Below, one piece after another: positions 24,201-36,200 of a stretch of DNA of 64,000 bases. The stretch comes from Tubulanus polymorphus (Eukaryota > Animalia > Nemertea), in assembly GCF_964204645.1 (NCBI RefSeq), contig NC_134027.1, forward strand, positions 12,370,485 to 12,434,484. Direction: 5' to 3'. Below the pieces are notes generated by a model. The model had not been told where the DNA came from. It saw nothing but the letters and a program-made list of their open reading frames with translations, and made no database searches. The translations under genes were made by a program, and so were the position numbers. Within the stretch, counting starts at the first letter, position 1. The number at the start of each line of letters is the position of its first letter.

Positions 24201-27200
24201 TAGGTTGACACTCGGGTTTTTTTAAAAACACTCAGGCGTTTCACCTGACGTGGGGGCATCAGTCGTGTTCAGCGACATTCTAGTAAGGAAAATGAAAAGC
24301 AATCCATTCTCAAATGATATATTCAAGTATCTGGCCTCTTCATAATTTAGATCAGTCCTTTTTCAATAGGAAAGTGGCCCTTTTCACGATAAAAAGTGCC
24401 CTTATTCTTGAAATAAAACTGCCCTCCATAAAAGCTTGGCACGGCCTGTATTATATCACTCTAGATGCAGTAGATTATAGTCAAGTCTTGGATGCAGACG
24501 ACTTCACACAGATCTGTGTTCTGATAGGAGTGGTAGCTCTGACATAATCTTGGATAACCTGTGCAGGTTGGGTCCTTTAAGGGAAATGGCAATTAAAAGT
24601 CTTCCCAGCTGTGTTACATGGGACCCTCACAGCTGTTCATGGGGCTACGATCCAGAGTTAGTTGCATAGGAGCTAGAAAATGGATAGGGTTATTCAATTA
24701 CTGGTCGGGTCTGTCTCTCATGTCATTTCATTATCATCAGTTCACGATCAGGCCCATTTTGTCTTGGCATCCCCATAGTTAATCATTGACACCAGCTCCA
24801 AGGTTTGCCTACCGGAAATGGTTCCTTTTGGTTCTTCCTCTCAACACTTCTCTGGGTGGTGCACACCCATTTTTGCTGTGCTCTGGAAGATTCACAGTTT
24901 CCTTTGAAGAACCATTCAGAACCGGCTTCAGCCGCACAAGGTTAACACCTTCAGCTTTCAGTAAAACTCAAAAATAAGTACTGCCAAAATAATTGCCTGC
25001 AACAGGCAGCAACTCATCAGTCTGACCTGATCAGAGCTTGATGGCCCTCCTGGGTGGTCTCACGTGTCTACCATTTCAGTTTCTTGAAGCGACTGCGCCT
25101 GCCTACATCACCTCTCGACAGGCACTAAAAGATATGTCAGGAGATCCTCATCTCTCTGGTACTCGAAGAGTTGGCGGAGAATGAGTGATAGATCCACTGT
25201 GAAGCAAAACATCCTCCAGCTGGTTGTCATGAATATTCATGGGTCTGAAGGAGGCCTAAGTGATTGTAGATATGTCATCCCTCAATTTGCACCTGGACAT
25301 TCCAAAATGTTGGCTCCCCAAACTCAGGGACGTGATACCTGGGCTCACCTTGAGTGGCATCATTCAGCCCAATGAAAGATGCATATTTGCGGGTTCCAAT
25401 TCACCCCAAATCTTGTTAGTTCCTCAGGTTAGAATCAGAAAAATGCTAGTACCAGTCTGCTCCATTTGGCTTCATTAGTAGGCCCTGGGTATTCAGCATC
25501 TCCTTTTGATATTGAAGAAATTAATTGAGCCTGTTTCGGCTGCATCCTTTTTAAATTTATCGAAAAGACAGTTTTCTTGCTGTTTTTACTTTGTTCTACC
25601 TGTACCAATCTGAAATCCATTCACTTTTGGTCCAACGAGTGTATTGTATTTTTACCAGCTAAAGGCCACACTTTAACAGGCTATGCAGTTTTTGGCTAAG
25701 AATCAGGTCAGGCTTAGTGGGCTTGGAGTGGAGAATAGAAGTCATTTAGCACTGAATGGAACTTGGTCTTCATGACTGGACCTCGTGCCCTGTGCAGGCT
25801 CTATGTTATTATTTGGATCGTTCTAGGACCTACGGGATTTCGCGGCAGCGTTCCCCTCATAAGGTTGTTTTAATGAAGCAGATTTTTCCTATGAAGGGGT
25901 ATTTTCACCAGGTAAAGTCCATAGCCAACTCCTGTGCTTCCTTTTCAGGTGTTCTAGGGGAGTTGAATATTGATTTATATACAAATTTTCCATTTCCATT
26001 GGGGTCATTCATTTATTACGTACGCAGTGGAGGGGGGAGGGGTCGGTGCAATTGCGTACTGTAATGCTCAATGTATATGAAAAAATGGCCAATTTTGCGT
26101 ACAGAGGGGGAGGGGGGTTGAAAAGTCAAATTTTATGTGTGCGTAATAAATGAATGATCCCTTGAAACATATGCATATTTTGTAACCACTATCAGTTGTA
26201 AACATTGTAGGTCATGACACAGTCTATGATTTTGCCAGATTTGAGGTCAATGGTTTCTGTTTGTTAGTCATATGTGGAATATTGAAATAGTTAGATAGTC
26301 AAGCATTTCACCTAGTGGACATGGTGCCAATGGAGTCCTAGTTGAATAAAGGCCTACAGTAAATACACTCAGTAAATACTGTCATTTCAGGTTGCTGAAA
26401 AACGTAAGAGTCTTCTCGATGAACTCGTTATTAAATACCAGACAGAAACTGACCATCACAGAGAAACAATCAAAACACAGGCACAGAAACATACCCAGGA
26501 AATATCTGATCTAAACCATAAACTCAATGTAGAAAAGGTAAATACCAGCAGATAGATACAATAATTTTACCTTTCGGTATGTATTTGAAATGTAGAAGAA
26601 TTGGAAAGGGGAAATTTGACAACTAATTTTGTTTCAACACTGGTTATTACATACAAGGCTCTGTCAAAGATAAAGTCTATTTATGTTATGGTCAGAGATA
26701 TTTGTTATTATTCAACCACATCAGCGTTGAGGTTTGCCATGATTTGACCCTTTTAAGGAATTATGACCACCAGACATCAGACACATTAATGGCAGCCAGT
26801 TTTTAATCGATACTTGTGTTTGCTGCCGGGAGTTGAATGAATATTCGAGCTGGGCAAATTCGAGTGGAGTAAATTTACATGAATTACTAAATACTAAAGA
26901 GTATCGATCGCTGCGGTAGGGGGTCCTGGTATACAATGATAGCTGCATTAACCCACTTTGGGCAGAATCTATTTTCAGCACACAAATGTATGGTTATAGC
27001 CGACCACGATGTTTTAGTGGTTCGACTTGCACTTCATTTTCCCACTTTTCTCCGTTATCTGACATAAGATAACTTTGTAACTTGCTCAGGTAGTCGGAAA
27101 TTTGTTTCGTTTTCCTGAGTTTGTTAAAAGAAAGGATGAATTTATTTCTGAAAGGAGAAATTGAAGGAATTCTGTAAAATAATTATTATTTTCCCGCCTG

Positions 27201-30200
27201 TTGTCATATCGGGATATAGATCTTAGGTAAAGAGTCTAGATAATTCAAGATCCATAGAAGCAAAAACAGTACAAATCTCATTTTCTAATGAGTAATATAT
27301 ATTTATTAAGCGAACTTTTTCGGGAGTTACATTATCCCCTCTTCAGGCATAGCGCAAGTGATTAAATTTACATATCATACTGGTATTTATATAGAATAAG
27401 ACGAAGCTAATTACAAACGATTTCAAATTACTGAGTGACAAGATAATTACAATACAAAGATAATTACACACAATCTAAATTACTGAGTGAAGATATTTGA
27501 CTTGTAGTTGATTATCTAAAAACATTGAGGATGAATCCTGACCCGTGTTCGAATAGTTGTTCATTAAGGGAGGGCTGTTGAGTTTTGATAAAAAGTGCTT
27601 CTCTAATTTTGCTATCTAAATCAGAAGATCCTTTATCTAAAATTTTGAAATTCTTTTCGCTAAACGAGACCTGACAGTCACGGCAATTTGACAGATGTTG
27701 GCCAATTGCTGAAGTCTTAAGTTTGTGCTCCTTAACTCTAGTTACTAGGTGTCTTTTTGATTTACCTATATAGGTAGTGTTTATATCACATAAACAAGTG
27801 TACTTGTAGACAACCATAGCTTTCAAGGATTTAGGAGTCGGACATTTAAGTGAAAAGAAATTCTTAATCTTAGTAGTTACGAACGAGCATTGAAGGTCTA
27901 TTTCGAAATTCGATATGAACAGTTTTTTTTAATTTTTGAGCATATAGAATAGACGGGAAACCCACATACGGTATGGAAATGAAAAGAGAAACTTTATTCT
28001 CATCGACAGTTTTAGGCTGGGTAACGAATTTAGAGTCGAGAAATCTTTTAACACAATGATCAAAAACATGGCTAGGATAACCAATAAGTTTGAATAATTT
28101 CTTTAGAAAATCAAATTCTTTCGAAAGAATAATCCAATTGCTGCATTATATTGTATGCACGAAAAAGCATTGTGTTGATGAGACAGTTTTCCATTTGTAA
28201 GGACACATTGCATTAAAGTTCATAAGTAATCCAGTATTAGAAGCTTTTCTATAGACGCGTGAGATGAAATTAGTACTACCAGTGTCAGTGCTTGAATGAG
28301 AGTATCCAAAAAGGGTAAAATGTTCGGGCCAAGTTCAAAAGTGAATTTCAGATTGGGATGCATAGTATTTAATGCATCAAAAAATGAATTGTAGTTGGAT
28401 TTAATTCATGATAGCGCCATCGTTTTAGTAACACGTGTAGCTCATCAAAATCAACGAAGCCGTTAACATTTAGATAAAGGATAATCTATTGATAGAAAAA
28501 GATTCCTTTGAAAATATTTGAACTAAAATTGAATATGCATATGCCCGGGTCATCGTGACGAAAAAAACGTTTGTATCGATATGCAGATGAATTCTAAACA
28601 ATACTAATTTGCATTAAAAAACACGGTACTGGTAACATTGTGTAGTATATACCAGAAATCGAACCTGTGGATTGACGCGGCTCATTCGCTACGATCCTGC
28701 CTCTGTGCGGTATCGACTTGTTGGCCCTACGTCATGATTGGACAGCAATGTGTTGGTATGGTATGTTGATGAGATGATATAACAGAGTAGCTACAGAATG
28801 GCGCGGCTGCGAGGGAGACTGAAACCTCGTACCAGTGTACAAGTTGGGTTCTCACGTAGTGGCCTGGTGTTGAATGGTATAGTTCGTAACTGTCACTGAG
28901 TGTCTTTGATTGAAATGTTTCTAATCCGACCACATAGAAAGATTCTTTCTAGTTTAGTTTTTATTAGGCCAGCCATTAGGCTGAGCATATTACTATACAA
29001 ATGGAGCGAATTCAAATGACATGGTTTCCAGAGTAACGGCTCTTTGACTGTGCAACTGACCATATATTCATACAGATCATTCATGAGAGCATTATCCATT
29101 CTCCAACCCCTATTAAACTGAATTTTGAAAGAGGGCCTCGTTAAAATTTATACGAGCTTTTTCGCGAAAATCTGATCGCAAAAATATCTGTTTTAAAAAG
29201 CCAATCAGAAAGCAAAGACTCCTCTATGATTGGCTTAGTCGCAGCGATCAGCAGGTGTTCATGTGAACCCGCGGTATCGTCTACCGTTTTACTTCCGGGT
29301 TTTATTTTAAGATCTAGAATTGTATTTCAATATTCATTTCTGTGAAATCTGTAGTTGAATTGGCTTTTGGGTAGTCTGAATACCAGTCGTTGTTACCGGT
29401 TCCCTACAACGTCTGGCGCTTAAGTATCATATAGAGGTTAACTGATTTTAGTGTCAAATCAAACCTTTGTACTCAAATAAATTAATTAGTTACCTTGTTG
29501 ACTTTGAAAACGTGTTTTATAATAATATTTTTGATGACTTAAATCGCGAACCGGAGAATTTATTGATTTGATTTGAATTGATTGCCACAATCGGGATTTC
29601 CAATACGGACTAAATTTATAAAATGTGAAAATTCAATATGTCTCTCTAAAATTACTCTAAATGTTATTTTTTGTTGATAAAACGCATTAATTTTGATAAA
29701 TTTTGCCATAAGAATTTGAAACAAGAATGATATCTGCATTGGCATCAATGTCAGTCAAAGTTCAAGTACGAATCCGTAATTTACACTCCCATCATGCAAC
29801 ACGAAAAGCCGCCGTATTTGTTATGTTGCTTCACTTCAACTGATTTTTGAGGTGACTGGTCAAAAGTTTTGAGTTCCTACAATCGTCTAAAGCTACTTAG
29901 GATTACAAATTTATGCACACACAATAGTTCCATCTGATTACAGAACAGTCAGTTCGAGGTAAGTTGATGGTGTTTTAAAGGATGAAATAGACGCTCAAAG
30001 CCTCGTCCCTCAAGTCCCTCAAAATGAGGGACGAAAATTAACATTATACAGGGCCGTCGGAACAGGGGCGGCTTTGGCCGCCCCACTTTTTTGCTTAACA
30101 AAATTTTTTTCAAAAGCACGCTGTACCGCGTAGCAGTTCGTCGTTCTCTGTACTAGGTGGTTGGCTCACGACTTCTCATGCTTCTGTGAATGAGACCTGT

Positions 30201-33200
30201 GAAATGGCCCCAAAACGCATCTCCGGTGATTGAATTTTCAAAATTTTTCTAGGGGAGAGCCCCAGACCACCCTTCAGAAATAAGCCTCGCCACTGAAAAA
30301 TTCCTTCCGATGGCTCTGTTATATGAGCACTTTCGCCCTAGATGTTGTTTGGGGAACAACGGCTAGGTACTAAATTAGTTTTTGGGGGGATTATTTTTAT
30401 TTGCACTACAGAAAATATCATTGACAACTGTGCAAAGTCCGGGAAAAATAGCTTTTTCTCATATCGGATGGTTGATATGCTAATGAGCCATGTGCTCAAA
30501 CTGCAAATTCAATCAAATTTTATTCTGCAAAAAAGTATCAAATCCAATTCAATTTTACTGTATTGAACAAGGTAAAACAGCATATCCAATTCAATTTTGT
30601 TTTATTGAGCAAATTCCAGAAAATTCAATTTTATTCCGCATTCAAATCAATAAGACCAAGGGCAAAGATCTGAGGTATTTGTTCCTGCCAGCTCCAGTCG
30701 CTGTCTGTGCTACTTATGAACACACGATTGAATTGTGTAAATTATAAGCCTGGGATTGACTAGTCTATGAGCTGGGAGTGTATTTGGACAAATTTAACCC
30801 ACAGAATGCATCACAGAGATGAGAATTCCCCGCGGATCCGCGGTTTCCCGCGGATTTCAGTATTGAAAAATATCAATTTTCCAAATAGTCCAAAAATGAT
30901 GTAAAAGTATGGGGGGGGGGTGATGATCTCACTCAATTGGTCCGGCGCGATCGGTAATCAGGTGAACCGTAAAAGCGTTCAGTGCCTGTTTTACTTATCG
31001 TCATGTAAAAGTATCGCATTTCAATGCATATTCATTGCAACACAGTGATTTTGTATGTACATTTGTACTACGATGAGTTTGTATGTATTTTATCGATCGG
31101 TTGCAGACACGCACGCACAGCAACAGTAGTAACGTATATAGGTCTACTTACTGTTGCTGCGTGTGTGTGGCGAACGCTTTCGGATATTATACACTACTTG
31201 GTGATGATTTTTAGTGAGCATTCATCGGCGCATTTTTACTGCAATAATTCAGGGCTCGACCCGTAATGCATGAGATGCTGAATGTCATCAAATGAGGATG
31301 TACCACATTGGAACTAGCCATTACCTTCCAAAATATAATAGTCGTTCATGGGTTCGAGATCGCTCTAAGTGCTCGGAAAACGTATTTAATTTCTAAAATT
31401 TTCTTGGGGGAGGGCGCCCAAACCCCCCCCAAAATAGCTTCGCGCCTTCGGCGCTCGCTAGTGCTGACGGCTAAGCCGTCAGCTGTTCGCGTATGTCACT
31501 CAAGAAAAATAACCCGCGGATTTTACAGGTCGGCGTTCTCATCCCTGGCATCATTTGCCATTTTATGATAAGCTGACAGGCTGGCCATAGTGCCCCTTGG
31601 GGTTCTAGTATAGCCTAAGTATAATGAGGCATGGTCACCCTGGACCTCTAGTGTAATCAAATGAAGAGCCTTTGAAAGTCATAGTTTTGTCAGTTTGTTT
31701 ACCCTATTTATGAATATTCTTCAGACTGAGTTCAGGTATGGTTTAACTAGTATCTTTTCAAAAGATGTTTCCAACGAGTGCTTCTGTGAATATGCGTACA
31801 AAGACTTTGGCTTTGGCTATTGATGCCCATCATGAACAACTTATTTTTTTGAAACAATGTGTTGATCTGAATCAATGTTCCCTGTGGTAATCTGACAAAA
31901 AGATCAAAGGAAAGCCAGGGAATTTTAGTCAAGATCATTAAGATCAGTTCAATTTTCAAATTCAGAATTTGCATAGACCCTAATCATATTATTGTTAATT
32001 TGATATAGGAAAAGACGAAAGAGCTTGAGAAGACCAAACTGAAAGTTGAAGAATTGAAATCATCAGTTGCATCGCTGGAAGAAGCTAAAGGATGGCTTGA
32101 ACGAAGCTTGAAAGAAACCGAGGTCACTTATATCATAGTTTCTTCTTGTTTTTTTATTATCCTCATATTATTTTTTCAACACTTATTGATGGCTGATTAA
32201 CAGCACATCTAAATGTCCATTCCATTATAGGACCTACTCACTGCAGCAAATAAAAAAGCAGAGGATGATATCCTGAAACTGAAACAGTTACAAGTTGAAG
32301 CTATCAGTCAACTTGAAAAAAAACAGTCAAACAGTTTGCAGGTATTGTATAACCTTATGGATAGTAGGGAGCTTAAGCATTAGCCAATGGCAAAAGTGAA
32401 TGTATTCTTGATTATATGATGGGTGCAAAATAAGGGGAACTGTAACAAAACTAAAATTTCCCGTTCATATCCAAACTTGTTGTTCAGTATAATGCTAGTT
32501 GAAATTTCTATTTTTTCATGAGCAACTCCTACACAAAAATCTTAATATGGCTATCCAGTCCTGACATGACTACGACAACTATCTTTCAGTAGTTTCTACT
32601 CTTTTTAAGAGCTCAACTACTCGAAAATATGAAAGTGCTCACAAAATCAGAATTATGAGCTCACTTGGGACTTTAATCCCAGCGGGCTATTGCGTTCACT
32701 TTTTGTCTGTTGTCCGTCCATTCGTCTGTCCGTTCGTCCGTAGACGGAGTCCAGTTATTATGGGTAGTTTAGAGGATGCTTCAATGTAATGACTTGATAT
32801 TTGGGTTGCACATGTATCTACCCTAGCCACATCTTCAGCCCAAAAACCCTGTCAGAATCAAGATGGCCGACTGGCAGCCATTGTTGTTCGCCAAAATCAG
32901 CACTTTTTACACATTTTTCAACTTTTTGAGTGAATTTTTTAGGGAAATTTTGAAGACGCTTTAATCAATTACCTTGATCTTTCGTTTATATTTGATACCC
33001 CGAAGGACCCATCAGCTTGGCAAGAAAAATTGGGTTGATCGGACTCAAGATGGCCGTCCGGTGACCTTTTTAGTGCCCAAAAATGTTAATTTTTGCCGAA
33101 ATTCTTGGTCCCGTAGTTTCCTACTGGTTTGCCATTTCTCATTGTAATATGTGATGGGTATTCTTTGGAAAGGGATGTTTTATACCCAAGACAGGTATTC

Positions 33201-36200
33201 TTGATCAGCCAATTATGACGCAATTGGCGGCCATCTTGGTGTCATCAGTACTCATTTGGAGGTGGGAAAAAGTTTTTTCACATTATGTTGATACCTAAGC
33301 ATATTGTGTTACTACAATCGATTGGAAAGTTGTAGCTCATGACGTGTTCTATGATTTTGGTCATTGTATATGGCCACCAGGGGGCGTTGGATAATACAAT
33401 AACTTTTATTTCTATATTACATTTGTACCTGTGCATATTTTGTAACCACAATCAATTGCAAAGTTGTTGCTCATGACATTAAATGGCCGATGTATACACG
33501 ATGCGGAAGTCTGATATAAAAGTCAGACCCTGACATGGGGATGCAGGTGGAATGACGAAGCTATCTACAATCTGTGTAGGGCCGGCGTGAATTTCATCAC
33601 TGGCTACAAGTGGTCAATATAAAAATGTCTAAACATATTATTTCAATATTCAAATGTTTTAGAAAATATGTTCAATATTAGGGGTATGCAGGTTTCATGA
33701 GATAAGCAATTTATAATAGCATAGCTGTTATATACGGCTCCGCGTCCTCTGATGGCAAGTGTATTAGGTGACAATTCAATTCAATTCTTTATTGATCCTT
33801 ATTACATATAAAATTCTGTGATAAAATTCCCAAATTCAATAAAGTTACAAATTTTAAAATAAGAAAATACAACATACAAGACAGACGGGTAATTCATACA
33901 GAATAACATAAACAAGTTATATTAAATGACAATGTCTACGTCAATCCAGACTCAAGACTCAATTTTTAGGATATCGAGTGACAGCCAAACCCGGGCCCGG
34001 GGTCCAGGCCGGTTGGCTAGGCCACACAATATGCTCGAAGTCATAATGAAGCAGACATCAGAAGAGCTCTTTCTTAAACCATGGAGGCAATAAAGTTGCA
34101 GACCATTATTGACAATTTTCAATTTAAAATCAAACCACTACTACAGTCGAAGTATCATCTACCCAATCGCCAAATCTCATTTGCAAATCCACATTAGCTT
34201 ATCCCAGAAATTCTACATTTTTTTCACAGGCGTCAAATAATTAATTAGAATTAATTTTCTTGTTCCACATTATATTGATACCTAAGCATATTTTGTTACC
34301 ACAATCAATTGGAAAGTTGTAGCTCATAATGTGTTTTAGAATTTTGATAAGTTTCAAGGTCATTGGTTTTTGTATATGGCCACCAGGGGTGTTGAATATA
34401 CAATAACGTATATATACGTATTATATTATATTTATACCTATGCATATTTTGCTACCACAATCAATTGCAAAGTTGTAGCTCATGACATTGTCTATGATTG
34501 AAGTGAGTTTTAAGGACATTAGTTATTCTATATGGTCACCAGGGGGCGTTGAATAGTAGAATAACTTAGTATCTTCTCATTAGATTGGTACCTAGGCATA
34601 TTTTGTTACCATGATCAATTGCAAAGTTGTAGTTCATGGCATGTACTATAATTGTGGTGAGTCATTGGGTTTTGCATATGGTCACCTGGGGGTGTTGAAT
34701 AGTAGAGTAACTAAGTATTTCCATATTACATTGGTAACAAGGCATGTTTTGTTATCACAATCTATTACAAAATCGTAGCTACTGACATGTTCTATGATTG
34801 TGGTGGGTTTCAAGGTCATTGGTATTTGTATATGGTCACCAGGGGGCATTATATATTGAAATTGTTAGATTGTTGAGCATTTAAAACCACTTCCCAAGTG
34901 GGCATGGTGTCCCTGGACCCCTAGTTTTCTGAAGAACTATTTTGAAGGGTTAATTTCCTTAGCTTTGCGTTTGAATTTGGGTTGACCTATATTGTGTCCA
35001 TACCTACAGCTGACTGGTATGTCTTAAAAACCTCTTCCCTCTGCAGTAGGTAGACAGTTGAATATTTTGCATTGGGAGGGGAACATTTAGAATTAGTAGC
35101 TGTTGACATGCACTGACAATCACTAATCTAATTTTTTCACACTGGTTACTTACTGACTCAGTATAGTTAACAGATTAGCACTCAGGAATTTCACTATGCA
35201 GTGTCTAATTACTCCTCTGAAAATTCATGGGAAAATCCAAATTTATCACGATACAGAATAGCTCATTCCCAGTTTATTTTACTTTTACAAGTTTGTGTTG
35301 TTTTGTAGTAAATAGTCAAGTGTTTCATATGATATCAGATCTAATGAGGTGGGCCACCAAAATCATGTCCTTTTTGCCGCCCGAAATTCATCCATTTCAA
35401 GCTCATTAATTACTGCATTTTTCCCCCAGAAGGTGTTGAATATTGAAATTGTCAAATTCTCGAGCATTTCACCAACTTGGCATCATGTCCCTGGACTCCT
35501 AGTTTCCTTAATAGGTTTTAGAACATGAAATTGAGTCATTGAAGGCAGAATTAGACGTTAAAGATCAGACTATTGCTCAACTGGAACAGGTGAGGATGGT
35601 TTGTATGACATGTGTTTATGATAGTCACTCAATCATGTCTTTTTAAGGCTAGCTGATGTCGGGCTGTGACGGGATGTGTACCGACACTACTGAGATTATC
35701 AGCAACTGGCAGTGCATGCCGCCAGTTGTCTTCATATCCGCCTGACCTAAGATGGTTTGGGTTGCAACCCGATGCATACCTATTCATTGATAGCCATATC
35801 CTGAGAGTTGCCCACGTTTTACGTACGCCGCCATTTGTTTCTTCACGCAAGGATTCTAGCTACTCAAAGACATATGCACAGAACTATCCCTGCTGGCAGT
35901 GCCACAACTTACTTAGATACTAGAATCCTGATGCACCTGAAATATCAATGAATCAGTATTATAGTACATATAAGAAATTTTCATGAAATTATCATGAAAT
36001 TATGGAAATGAGCTTATGGATTCCTAAATAGGTTCAGTTGCTTTAGTATCAACCTTCACTTTAAGTAACGCATTGTAGCCCAAAATAGCTAGTCTTATGT
36101 CTACCATTAGTCTTATACGTTTTACACTAAAGGTTTGAAAATCTACTTTACCAAGCCAATTACTGGATATTAATCATTTTTTGTGACTTATTTCAGGAAA

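Larger units (their letters stand above)
23195..25955 (+). mobile_element. Older, heavily decayed DIRS copy 3, interrupted by two nested elements
   Basis: Collinear similarity to gag (23198-23260 vs 4515-4580; 24465-24665 vs 4620-4860), RT (25275-25495 vs 12090-12325) and recombinase ([13 protein letters not shown]; [11 protein letters not shown]). Confidence 0.75.

Noticed and set aside
22283-31547. Segmental duplication or misassembly explaining the two 730-bp copies
   Set aside because: Similarity ends exactly at the TIRs and each copy has a different TSD.
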